Source of the DNA: Lentimicrobiaceae bacterium
GTDB taxonomy: Bacteria > Bacteroidota > Bacteroidia > Bacteroidales > JAAYJT01
Direction of reading: 5' to 3'
DNA length: 64,000 nt
Assembly: GCA_037446395.1 (NCBI GenBank)
Contig: JBBIIP010000003.1
Span: 33,339 to 97,338 of the forward strand
Part shown: piece after piece, positions 1 to 9,345 of the stretch
Position numbering within the stretch: position 1 is the stretch's first letter
Layout: the number at the start of each line of letters is the position of its first letter
Position numbers and translations under genes: made by a program
The notes under the pieces: generated by a model
Databases searched by the model: none
Told to the model about the DNA's origin: nothing
The model's input: only the letters and a program-made list of their open reading frames with translations

Positions 1-1373
1 ATACTTCTGGCACTACGGCCGACCCCAAAGGCATCATGCTTACGCACAGAAATTATACTGCAAACGTAGAGCAAGCCGCCTCACTCATGGACATACCGGA
101 GTCTTACAAAACGTTGTTGATACTTCCGTGGGATCATGCCTTTGCACATACTGCCGGCATCTATTGCTTTATGAGTCAGGGAGCGAGTATGGCCTCGGTG
201 CAACTTGGCAAAACAGCATTGGAAACATTAAAAAACATCCCGGTCAATATTAAGGAAATCAAACCCAACCTGCTGATGAGTGTGCCTGTGTTGGCTAAAA
301 ACTTCCGAAACAATATCGAAAAAGCGATAAAAGATAAGGGCAATCTAATCAACGGCCTGTTTCAATTTGCGCTCAAGGTAGCATATAAGTACAACGCAGA
401 AGGGTACAATAAAGGCAAAGGCCTGACCTTTTTTTACAAACCCCTTTATTGGCTGTTCGACAAGATACTCTTTAAAAAAATCAGGGACAATTTTGGCGGG
501 CAGCTCGATTTCTTCATTGGTGGCGGAGCCCTGCTCGATATTGAATTGCAACGTTTTTTCTATGCCATTGGCATGCCGATGTTTCAGGGGTATGGCCTCT
601 CGGAGGCTTCGCCAATCATATCTTCAAATGCACCTAAAAAACATAAACTGGGTTCTTCTGGGTTTCTGGTAGCCAACCTTGAATTAAAGATTGTTGATAA
701 TGACGGAAACGCAATCCCGATATTCGAAAAGGGCGAAATTGTAGTGAAAGGCGAAAACGTGATGGCCGGCTATTGGAAAAACGAAAAAGCGACTTCAGAA
801 ACAATCAAAGACGGGTGGCTCTATACAGGCGACATGGGCTACATGGATAAAGATGGATTCCTATACGTCCTTGGCCGTTTTAAGAGTCTATTGATAGCCA
901 GCGATGGTGAGAAATACAGCCCTGAGGGCATCGAAGAGCACCTGATCAATCACAGTTATAATGTGGAACAGGTTATGTTGCACAACAACCAGAATCCATA
1001 TACGATTGCATTGATTTATCCAAAAAAAGATGCCATTAAACGATATCTGCTCCATCATAATATCAAACCTGGAACCGAGGAGGCAGCAAGAATGATCATC
1101 AAACTTGTTGCAGACGACATAGGTGCTTACCGAAAAGGCGAAAAACTTGAAGGTGAATTTCCCGAGCGTTGGCTGCCCAGCACCTTTGCATTGCTCGAGG
1201 AAGGATTTACGAACGAAAACCAATTGTTAAACAGCACGATGAAGATGATTCGGGGTAAGATTACAGAAAGGTATTCGGGTCTGATCGAAATGCTCTATAC
1301 TCCTGCGGGCAAGGATATTTATAATCCGCATAACCTGATGGTTGCACAAAATATGTTTGCCAAGAATACCTGA
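1..1373 (+). CDS. Long-chain acyl-CoA synthetase (ANL/AMP-dependent ligase), C-terminal part; 5' end lies upstream of the window
   Basis: The frame is open from nt 3, and the first codons read TSGTTADPKGIM (AMP-binding motif T-S-G-T-T-G-x-P-K-G). Later motifs are QGYGLSEASP and YTGDMGYMDKDGFLYVLGRFK. Stop at 1373. Confidence 0.85.
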   Translation, partial: TSGTTADPKGIMLTHRNYTANVEQAASLMDIPESYKTLLILPWDHAFAHTAGIYCFMSQGASMASVQLGKTALETLKNIPVNIKEIKPNLLMSVPVLAKNFRNNIEKAIKDKGNLINGLFQFALKVAYKYNAEGYNKGKGLTFFYKPLYWLFDKILFKKIRDNFGGQLDFFIGGGALLDIELQRFFYAIGMPMFQGYGLSEASPIISSNAPKKHKLGSSGFLVANLELKIVDNDGNAIPIFEKGEIVVKGENVMAGYWKNEKATSETIKDGWLYTGDMGYMDKDGFLYVLGRFKSLLIASDGEKYSPEGIEEHLINHSYNVEQVMLHNNQNPYTIALIYPKKDAIKRYLLHHNIKPGTEEAARMIIKLVADDIGAYRKGEKLEGEFPERWLPSTFALLEEGFTNENQLLNSTMKMIRGKITERYSGLIEMLYTPAGKDIYNPHNLMVAQNMFAKNT

Positions 1374-1385
1374 TTAAGCCTAAGT

Positions 1386-1982
1386 TCATGCGAGATCGCA
1401 AAAACTGATCAATTCCTCATATAGCTTTTTTATCGGTAACCCCATCACATTGTAGAACGATCCATTTATTTTTTCTATCCCGATATAGCCTATCCATTCC
1501 TGAATTCCGTAGGCCCCTGCCTTATCGTAAGGCTTATAGTGCGACAGGTAATAATCAATCTCCCATTGTCTGAGGTGTTTAAAAAATACCTCGCTACATT
1601 CATAAAAAGAAATATTTTTCTGTTGCGACCTGAGGCAAACCCCTGTAAACACTTCATGCATGCGCCCTGAGAGCCGATTAAGCATTTCGGCTGCCTCTGC
1701 CGCGCTTCCAGGCTTTCCGATGTTCGACCCGTCAACCCAAACAATGGTGTCGGCGGTAATAACGATCGTTCGGTCATCAGCTAACAAATCTGTGTAAGCA
1801 TCGGCCTTATGGTTGCATAAAAACAGCGGAATTTCTTCGCGTTGAAGGCCGGCAGGGTAATCTTCAGAAATCAAACGGGTGTGTATTCTGAACTTGAGAC
1901 CGATTTCACTCAAAAGCATTTGTCTTCTTGGTGATTTGGACCCGAGTATCAGGTGAAACTGGTTCAATGAGTTGATGAGCAT
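1386..1982 (-). CDS. maf: Maf-like nucleoside-triphosphate pyrophosphatase
   Basis: 198-aa ORF with LILGSKSPRRQMLL near the N-terminus and KAGAYGIQE near the C-terminus, both typical of the Maf/YhdE family. Confidence 0.85.
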   Translation of the reverse strand: MLINSLNQFHLILGSKSPRRQMLLSEIGLKFRIHTRLISEDYPAGLQREEIPLFLCNHKADAYTDLLADDRTIVITADTIVWVDGSNIGKPGSAAEAAEMLNRLSGRMHEVFTGVCLRSQQKNISFYECSEVFFKHLRQWEIDYYLSHYKPYDKAGAYGIQEWIGYIGIEKINGSFYNVMGLPIKKLYEELISFCDLA

Positions 1983-2052
1983 GGGATGTGGGTTATATTA
2001 GGAACAATCGGTATGATTTGTAGAGGCTGAGAGATTGATACATAAAGTCATT

Positions 2053-2574
2053 CTACCAATGAAATGCACTGTGATTCATCCACAAGCCTTGTATTTTCAT
2101 TACCTGTTCTATCACATCGCGAACGCACCCATGCCCTCCGTTTTTATGGCTGATGTATTTCGCTATTGCCTTTATTTCTTCGGCAGCGTCGGCGGGGCAA
2201 GTTGGAACTCCTACACGCTGCATGATTTCATAGTCGGGGATATCGTCGCCCATATAAAGAACTTCGGTCGGATCAATTTGATTCTTGTCTAGGTATTCCT
2301 CGAAAACAGCAAGTTTATTTTCTACACCCAGGTAAACATCCGGAATTTTGAGTGCTTCGAATCGCCGCAGCAGCGAATCGGATTTTCCCCCTGAAATAAT
2401 TGCTATCCGGTAATTATTTTTTGAAGCAAGCTGCAATGCATACCCATCCCTCACATTGGCGGATCGGAGTACGTCGCCATCATTGAGCAGGATGACTGTG
2501 CCATCGGTTAGTACGCCATCGTAATCAAAAATAAAAACCTTGATTTTGCGTAGATGTTCTTTATAATTGGTCAT
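2053..2574 (-). CDS. kdsC: 3-deoxy-D-manno-octulosonate 8-phosphate phosphatase (HAD-IIIA)
   Basis: HAD motif I FDYDGVLTDG, then ISGGKS and MGDDIPD; the size fits KdsC. I prefer the ATG at 2574 over the TTG at 2607 used by the ORF track. Confidence 0.8.
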   Translation of the reverse strand: MTNYKEHLRKIKVFIFDYDGVLTDGTVILLNDGDVLRSANVRDGYALQLASKNNYRIAIISGGKSDSLLRRFEALKIPDVYLGVENKLAVFEEYLDKNQIDPTEVLYMGDDIPDYEIMQRVGVPTCPADAAEEIKAIAKYISHKNGGHGCVRDVIEQVMKIQGLWMNHSAFHW

Positions 2575-2609
2575 GTATAATGATTTTATTTGCTTTATAA
2601 TCAGCAAAA

Positions 2610-3413
2610 TTATAAGTTAAGTTCGGAGTTATTCTTTTTGCGAGACGAAATTGCATTGCTGATCAAGCGATAGATTTCTTTATATTCAGGGAACTTTTCG
2701 AGGAGAATGAGGTGTTTTTCAATCACCTGGTTGTCCTGCCGCATGGCGGGCCCTGTTTGTGCCTGCCATGGGTTAAGGAGTGCAGCTTTTTCGACCGACT
2801 CCCTTATCAGCGGCAAGAGTATGTCGAAGGAGGTTTGATTGTGCTCCAAAATATCGGCTGCTGCAACAAACAAATAATTCTGAAAATTACAGGCGAAAAC
2901 AGCCGCCAGATGTATCATCCGGCGTGTTTCGGTGCTGATCCTGCGCACATCCTGGCTCATGCAAGAGGCTAACCAAACGAGTGCTTCCAGGGTTGCGGGT
3001 TCATTTGCCTCGACACAAATCGGAACATCTTCAAAATCAAGTTCTTTATTCATTGAAAATGTTTGTACCGGATATATGACTCCATAATGCCTGCTTGATT
3101 TGGCCAGTATTTCCAATGGCAATGTACCAGAGGTGTGGGCAATGATTGCATCGCCGGCATCGAACCCTGACAAAACCCTCTCAACCGCATCATCACTCAA
3201 TGAAATCAAATAGAGATCGGCACTCTGAATTATTGCATGGGTGTTTGTGCAGAAACCTGCATCAACTTTTTGGGCCAACTTCTTGGCCGATTCCTCGGTA
3301 CGGCTATATATCTGGCTTATATTGAAACCCTTATCATTGAGCTCCATTGCCAAATGTGTGGCAACGTTGCCAGCTCCGAGCATCACAATTTCATTTATTT
3401 TTTTTCGTACCAT
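2610..3413 (-). CDS. Rossmann-fold NAD(P)-binding protein, DUF2520-type (function unknown)
   Basis: N-terminal dinucleotide-binding-like MLGAGNVATHL. Overall it resembles the ProC-like/DUF2520 proteins that I recall sitting next to kdsC in Bacteroidota. The family call is from memory and unverified. Confidence 0.6.
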   Translation of the reverse strand: MVRKKINEIVMLGAGNVATHLAMELNDKGFNISQIYSRTEESAKKLAQKVDAGFCTNTHAIIQSADLYLISLSDDAVERVLSGFDAGDAIIAHTSGTLPLEILAKSSRHYGVIYPVQTFSMNKELDFEDVPICVEANEPATLEALVWLASCMSQDVRRISTETRRMIHLAAVFACNFQNYLFVAAADILEHNQTSFDILLPLIRESVEKAALLNPWQAQTGPAMRQDNQVIEKHLILLEKFPEYKEIYRLISNAISSRKKNNSELNL

Positions 3414-3568
3414 ATCTTTGCGGAGCTAAATTACAAAGGGTTCGGCTGATTTTAGAAACTATTTCAAATTATTTGCACCAAATAACGTTAAGAAACTGAA
3501 GAACCGAAAACGGCCAATGGGTCTGATTTATCATTTAATGCCATATCTATACTTGATTGAGGAATTTT

Positions 3569-5917
3569 ATGCAGATTTGTATCATGTTTCGTAATCAGAT
3601 CATTTGCAATCATCTTTTCAACCTGCTTCTCATCGTTGTAGTGCTTTTCGGCTACTCCTGTGTTTCGCCCAGGCAAGCAGCGCGCCAGGGATATCTTTTA
3701 AACAAAAACATCGTTAAAACTGATAATCATAAACTTTCGCTTGACGAAATCAATGGTTTTATCCAACAAAAACCGAATAAAAAAGCATTGGGCGTTTTCA
3801 GGCTCAGCACATTCATCTACGAACACTCCGATTGGAACTGGCTGAAGAAAAAGGTGGGAAGTGCGCCCGTAATTCTCGAACCGGCAATGGCAGAGCACAG
3901 CAAACACCAATTAAACCAATATTTGGCAGCCAAAGGGTATTTTCATGCTCAAGTGGAAAGCGAAATCAGGTATTATAAAAAAAAAGCAGACGTGACTTAT
4001 CGCATCACATCCGGTAAGCCTTACACCATCAGAAACATTAACTACTTATTTGTCAGTGATGAATTAAAAGAAACAATATTTGCTGACACTGCCAATTCTT
4101 TTATAAAACCTTCTATAAATTATGATGCATACCTGTTTGACGAAGAGCGTACCCGCATAACCGATTACCTCCGAAACCAGGGTTACTTTTTCTTTACCCG
4201 CGATTACGTTCTTTTCAAGGTAGATAGCAACCTGAACTGCAGGAAAATGGATGTTGATATTGAGATTCAGAACCCCCGAATGAGAGAGCAAACCACGGGA
4301 AATTTGATTTATCAAAAACACATCAGATACAAAATCAATAACATAACGTTTCATACTGATTCGAAAGCAAAAGATAATGACACCCCGACTCCCGACACGC
4401 TTGTGCTGCTGCAATATCCGGGGGATCCGTCGCAGCCGTATCAATTTCGCTACATCTTTTATGACAAGTTAAGGCTTTCGCCACAATTGCTCAACCGGCA
4501 AATTTTTACAAAAGGTGGCGAGCTGTATCGCTCCGATAATTTCAACCTGACATACAGCAGGTTATCAAACCTGGGGATCACTAAATTTGTAACCATTAAC
4601 TTTGAGCCTGCAATTCAGTCTTTGCCCAGTGATTACGGTTTGCTTGATTGCCAAATAAGCATCGGACGCAGCAATACCCAAATCTACACCATCGAGACCG
4701 AAGCCACAAATACAGGCGGTCTTTTAGGAATCGGTGGAAATCTAGTATATGCCAACCGGAATCTCTTCAGGGGAGGAGAGGTTTTTTCCCTAAAGCTTAA
4801 AGGCGCGCTTGAGATGCAAAAAACAATCGGCGATGCAGAAAACTTCCTGTTTGGATTCAATACCCTCGAAACCGGAATTGAAGCCCGGCTCGAAATACCC
4901 AGGCTACTGGCACCTTATGCTTCACAACAATTTTCAAGATATTCGAGCCCACGTACAACCTTTAGTTCGGGGCTGAATTACCAAAACCGCCCTGATTATA
5001 GAAGATACATTGCTAATCTGTCTTTCGGATATGAATGGAGAGGAACGCCCACCCGAAGCCACTTGTTGATTCCGGTTGAATTAAATTCAGTGCGTATTTT
5101 TACCTCTGCTGACTTCAAACGTTGGCTCGATGGCCTCAGCGACAAACGATTGATAAATCAATATACCGACCACCTTGTTCCGCTGATGAGATATGTATAT
5201 ATTTTTAACAACCAGGCTTTCCGAAAAAACAAGGATTTTATGTTTCTGCGCGTCGGAATCGAGAGCAGTGGCGGGCTATTAAGCCTGATTGACAGGTCTG
5301 TCGGGGCGCCGAAGAACGAAATGGATTATTATACTTTGCTTGGCATTCGATATGCACAGTTTTTGCGCCTCGAATCTGACTACCGATACTATAAGGTTTT
5401 AAACCCAAGAAACAACATTGTATTTCGTATTGCTGCCGGAATCGGAAGCCCTTACGGTAATTCAGATGTGTTGCCTGTTGAAAAAGGCTTTTATGCCGGT
5501 GGTGCCAATGGCATGAGGGGGTGGGAAATACGTTCATTAGGCCCAGGCAGGTTTAGCGACCCTGGTAACAATTTTGAAAAGATGGGGGAACTATGGCTGG
5601 AGAGCAACATAGAATATCGGTTTCCGATGTATAGCTGGCTGAACGGCGCTGTGTTTGCCGATGCCGGAAATATCTGGTTGCTTAACGATAATGCGGATAT
5701 GCCGAATGCGATACTCAAGGTTTCTGAATTTGGAAACCACATTGCCATAGACGGCGGCCTTGGAATTCGTTTCGACCTGAGTTTCTTCATTCTAAGGGTG
5801 GATGGGGCAGTAAAATTAAAGAACCCTGCGCTCATGCCAGGTAATCAATGGTTAAAAATTTCTGAGCTGGGCATTCGTAAAGTTGTGTGGAACTTTGGGA
5901 TTGGTTATCCATTCTGA
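3569..5917 (+). CDS. Omp85-family outer-membrane protein (BamA/TamA-like), predicted lipoprotein (TamL-type)
   Basis: ATG at 3569 (the ORF track starts at a TTG at 3557). The hydrophobic leader ends in LFGYSC, which is lipobox-like. The C-terminal barrel has Omp85-like motifs FYAGGANGMRGW and FADAGNIW and ends in GIGYPF. Confidence 0.7.
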   Translation: MQICIMFRNQIICNHLFNLLLIVVVLFGYSCVSPRQAARQGYLLNKNIVKTDNHKLSLDEINGFIQQKPNKKALGVFRLSTFIYEHSDWNWLKKKVGSAPVILEPAMAEHSKHQLNQYLAAKGYFHAQVESEIRYYKKKADVTYRITSGKPYTIRNINYLFVSDELKETIFADTANSFIKPSINYDAYLFDEERTRITDYLRNQGYFFFTRDYVLFKVDSNLNCRKMDVDIEIQNPRMREQTTGNLIYQKHIRYKINNITFHTDSKAKDNDTPTPDTLVLLQYPGDPSQPYQFRYIFYDKLRLSPQLLNRQIFTKGGELYRSDNFNLTYSRLSNLGITKFVTINFEPAIQSLPSDYGLLDCQISIGRSNTQIYTIETEATNTGGLLGIGGNLVYANRNLFRGGEVFSLKLKGALEMQKTIGDAENFLFGFNTLETGIEARLEIPRLLAPYASQQFSRYSSPRTTFSSGLNYQNRPDYRRYIANLSFGYEWRGTPTRSHLLIPVELNSVRIFTSADFKRWLDGLSDKRLINQYTDHLVPLMRYVYIFNNQAFRKNKDFMFLRVGIESSGGLLSLIDRSVGAPKNEMDYYTLLGIRYAQFLRLESDYRYYKVLNPRNNIVFRIAAGIGSPYGNSDVLPVEKGFYAGGANGMRGWEIRSLGPGRFSDPGNNFEKMGELWLESNIEYRFPMYSWLNGAVFADAGNIWLLNDNADMPNAILKVSEFGNHIAIDGGLGIRFDLSFFILRVDGAVKLKNPALMPGNQWLKISELGIRKVVWNFGIGYPF

Positions 5918-5950
5918 TCGTATCTCCGATTTAAGAAGAATAAAAGATAA

Positions 5951-7405
5951 ATGAATGCAACCGGGCTTTCTGACCGAATAATAAAATTGTTGGGCTACGA
6001 GCCGACATCAGGCCAAATGGCTGCAGCACAGCTGCTGGCTCGATTTGTCTATTGCAAGCCTGAAAAGCTCCTTCATCCTGTGTTTATGTTAAAAGGCTAT
6101 GCCGGTACAGGCAAAACCACTTTGGTGAGCGCACTGGTGAAGGCACTTCCCGAAACCGGAGTCAAAACTTTACTGCTTGCTCCTACCGGTCGTGCCGCGA
6201 AGGTTTTAGGCAATTATGCGGGTAAACAGGCTTTCACCATACATAAAAAACTATATATCCCAAAAGTACTCAGTAATGGTACCACGATCCTGGTCATGAG
6301 GCAAAACATTCATAAAAACACGCTTTTTATTGTTGATGAGGCTTCAATGATTCAAAACACACAGGATGCAGGATTTGAGGATATGTTTGCCACACGCAAC
6401 CTCCTGACCGATCTCATTGAATTTGTTTATAGCAATCATTGCAGGCTGGTGTTGATAGGCGATACGGCACAGCTTCCTCCTGTCGGAGCCGACATCAGTC
6501 CTGCGCTCGATACGGAATACCTGCGCCTGACTTATCCAATTGAAATTTATCACCACGAACTCACTGATGTTGTGCGGCAGGAACTCAAAAGCGGAATTTT
6601 GCACAATGCAACCTCACTTCGGGTAAGACTTGAAGCTGGTAATTTCAACCCACCATTTTTTCATCTCAGGCAGTATTCTGATATCAGAAGAGTTGATGGA
6701 TTGGCACTCGAAGATTTACTGAACGACCGTATCCAAAAATCAGGCATAGAGTCGCTGGTAATTATTACACGCTCAAATAAGCGTGCCAATATGTTTAACC
6801 GGGCAATCCGAAACCGTGTGCTTTTAATGGAAACTGAAATTGCAACAGGTGATTTGATGATGGTGGTTCGAAACAATTACCATTGGCTTTCGCCTGAATC
6901 GCAGGCTGGTTTTATTGCCAACGGCGATTTGATTGAGATACTACGAATAAAACGACACGAAGAACAATACGGTTTCAGGTTTGCTGATGTGACCGTGCGA
7001 ATGCTCGATTACCCGCATGAACCGGAAGTGGAAGTAAAAATCTTACTCAACACGCTCGAATCGGAGTCGCCTGCACTGAGTAAATCTGAAAATCATCGTT
7101 TATTTGAAGAAGTAATGCTCGACTATGCTGATATTGGGAATCACAACAAAAAATACGCCGAACTTAAGACCAATCCCTGGTTGAATGCCCTGCAAGTGAA
7201 ATTTGCCTATGCACTTACATGCCATAAAACCCAAGGTGGACAGTGGGATACAGTATTTATTGACCAGGGGTATATCAGGGATCAGAACATGAATCGGGAA
7301 TATATCCGATGGCTTTATACTGCTTTGACAAGGGCGACAAAACAGGTGTATCTGGTGAACTTTGATGATAAGTTTTTTAGCTTACCCTCATTCGGGCGAC
7401 AATAA
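5951..7405 (+). CDS. RecD-like superfamily-1 DNA helicase
   Basis: Walker A GYAGTGKTT, Walker B IVDEASM, GDTAQLPPV, and the C-terminal helicase motif YALTCHKTQGGQWD. Confidence 0.75.
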   Translation: MNATGLSDRIIKLLGYEPTSGQMAAAQLLARFVYCKPEKLLHPVFMLKGYAGTGKTTLVSALVKALPETGVKTLLLAPTGRAAKVLGNYAGKQAFTIHKKLYIPKVLSNGTTILVMRQNIHKNTLFIVDEASMIQNTQDAGFEDMFATRNLLTDLIEFVYSNHCRLVLIGDTAQLPPVGADISPALDTEYLRLTYPIEIYHHELTDVVRQELKSGILHNATSLRVRLEAGNFNPPFFHLRQYSDIRRVDGLALEDLLNDRIQKSGIESLVIITRSNKRANMFNRAIRNRVLLMETEIATGDLMMVVRNNYHWLSPESQAGFIANGDLIEILRIKRHEEQYGFRFADVTVRMLDYPHEPEVEVKILLNTLESESPALSKSENHRLFEEVMLDYADIGNHNKKYAELKTNPWLNALQVKFAYALTCHKTQGGQWDTVFIDQGYIRDQNMNREYIRWLYTALTRATKQVYLVNFDDKFFSLPSFGRQ

Positions 7406-7867
7406 AGCAACAGCATAGGCTGCAGCACCCTCCTTGCGCCCAATGAAGCCAATTCCTTCTGAAGTGGTGGCTTTGATCGAAACATTGCTTTCGTCAACAT
7501 TTAAAATTTCAGCCAATTGCTTTATTATCAATGGAATATACCTAGAAATTTTAGGTTCTTCAAGTACCAGTGTGCAGTCGATATTGCCCACTTTGTAGCC
7601 CTTTTCGTTTATTAATTCAATCACCTGTACAAGTAACTTGCGGCTTTCGATATTCTTGAAGGCGGGATCGGTGTCAGGAAATAAGTGGCCTATATCGCGG
7701 AGGCCAGCAGCACCAAGCAAGGCATCGCAAATGGCGTGTATTAATACGTCGGCATCAGAATGGCCAAGGAGTCCTAATTTTGCGGGTATTTCGACACCAC
7801 CGATAATCAGTTTTCGGCCTGCTGATAAACGATGCACATCATATCCGATACCAACACGGATTTTCAT
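7388..7867 (-). CDS. ispF: 2-C-methyl-D-erythritol 2,4-cyclodiphosphate synthase
   Basis: 159 aa with GYDVHRL and GHSDADVLIHAICDA, the canonical IspF zinc and substrate motifs. Confidence 0.92.
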   Translation of the reverse strand: MKIRVGIGYDVHRLSAGRKLIIGGVEIPAKLGLLGHSDADVLIHAICDALLGAAGLRDIGHLFPDTDPAFKNIESRKLLVQVIELINEKGYKVGNIDCTLVLEEPKISRYIPLIIKQLAEILNVDESNVSIKATTSEGIGFIGRKEGAAAYAVALLSPE

Positions 7868-7870
7868 GTT

Positions 7871-9139
7871 CTATCTTGGTGCCGAAGGAATAGGTGCACC
7901 TTGTGCCTTGAATGCATCAAAGTCGAATGAAAGCGTAAAACGCAGGGTATTCTCTAACGGGTGGCGTTGGGTAGTGGGAACCAGATAAGAAAAGTCGAGG
8001 CCAAACACATTATAGCGTAAACCCACACCGAGGGTAAAAAACTGGCGTCCGCCCTTATACTGGTTTTCATAGAAATAGCCGCCTCGAATGGCAAACTGTT
8101 TGTCGTACCAATATTCAACACCAACTCCAACGCTTAGTTCCTGCAGTTCTTCACCAAAGCCATTTGGGGCATCGTAGAAAGATTGGAGCATCCCGACCGG
8201 AACAGACACTTCGGAGTTCATGCCTTTCAGAATCACTGGGTTGTTATCGGGTCCCATGATGGGTTGCCCCAGGGAATCAGTCTTATAAATCGGAGGGGTT
8301 GGGACGAGCATCTTATTCAAGTCAAACATAAACGCCAGGCGGTTGTATTTATCAAGGTCGAAGGTAAGTGACGGCCCAATGCGAAAATGCGTAGGAATAA
8401 AGTCTTTTTGAGTATTATCATCGCTGTAAGAAATTTTAGCTCCAATATTGGAGACGCTCAGTCCCCATGCAAAAATGGCATCGGTGCTAAACAATTCCAC
8501 TGGTTTTTGATAATACATGGCTACATCAGACGCTACCGAAATGCCCGGTTTTGTAGATAACCCTCCAACCGATTGGCCTGAGGTGAGGTTAGAATGAATG
8601 AACCTGGCTGTTACCGCACCTGAAATGTGATCCGAAAACTTCCTGGAGTAAGTTGCATCAACTGCAAATTCGCTCGGGCGGTAAGTGCCAAGGTCGCCTC
8701 CGAACTGGTCGGTATATTGAATATCGCCTGCAGAAAAAAACAAAAGAGAGCCGCCTATGGTCTGGTTTTCATCAAGGCGTTTGTATCCTGCAAGATAGGA
8801 GAGGTTAATGTCGTTTACGAGGTTGCGCAACCAGGGGCTATAGGCAACCGAGAAGCCCATATCTTTTTCGATAAAAGCAAGCTTGGCCGGGTTCCAGCGC
8901 AAGGAATTGATATCGGGGGTGGTAGCGGCTCCAACGTCGCCAAGAGCACCTGCGCGCGCATCGGGGGCAATCAGCAAAAATGGCACGGCTGAAGTTACAA
9001 CGCGCAGTTTATCGTTGCGGCTAATTCTTTGTGCAAAAGAAGCCGAGTAGCTCAAGAGCAATAGTGCAAGGAACAGGCACTTTCGTGAGCCGGAAAATGA
9101 GAATATAAACATTGGGCTAAAGGATGATAATTGATTCAT
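7871..9139 (-). CDS. porV: T9SS outer-membrane beta-barrel PorV (LptO)
   Basis: Signal peptide ending ...SASFAQ. The motif APDARAGALGDVGAATTPDINSLRWNPAKLA is followed by long beta-strand-like alternation. The gene lies in the same strand block as porU. Confidence 0.8.
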   Translation of the reverse strand: MNQLSSFSPMFIFSFSGSRKCLFLALLLLSYSASFAQRISRNDKLRVVTSAVPFLLIAPDARAGALGDVGAATTPDINSLRWNPAKLAFIEKDMGFSVAYSPWLRNLVNDINLSYLAGYKRLDENQTIGGSLLFFSAGDIQYTDQFGGDLGTYRPSEFAVDATYSRKFSDHISGAVTARFIHSNLTSGQSVGGLSTKPGISVASDVAMYYQKPVELFSTDAIFAWGLSVSNIGAKISYSDDNTQKDFIPTHFRIGPSLTFDLDKYNRLAFMFDLNKMLVPTPPIYKTDSLGQPIMGPDNNPVILKGMNSEVSVPVGMLQSFYDAPNGFGEELQELSVGVGVEYWYDKQFAIRGGYFYENQYKGGRQFFTLGVGLRYNVFGLDFSYLVPTTQRHPLENTLRFTLSFDFDAFKAQGAPIPSAPR

Positions 9140-9345
9140 TAATCTATTTTCGTTATTGAAACGATGTTCTATTGTAATTATTGTATGTTTTCAAGGTGTG
9201 TTGCTTTGGGATATCGTGAGATGTGATACATTCTGAAAAAGTCACCTGTCAGTTTCTCACAAACAAAGGCTTGATTTAGACCCAGAAAGCGGATATGGAT
9301 TTAAAAAACGCATCTCTTTGAGTCAATTATTTGATTTGCAATATT

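Noticed and set aside
3977-3985. The A9 homopolymer inside the Omp85-family coding sequence (YYKKKAD) as a phase-variation switch.
   Set aside because: Runs of this length encoding Lys-Lys-Lys are common in AT-rich genomes, and I have no evidence of frameshifted alternative products.
5951-7405. The RecD-like helicase as a remnant of a conjugative or mobilisable element (TraA/relaxase-type helicase).
   Set aside because: There is no relaxase domain, integrase, transfer gene or repeat boundary nearby. The gene is embedded between an Omp85-family gene and ispF.
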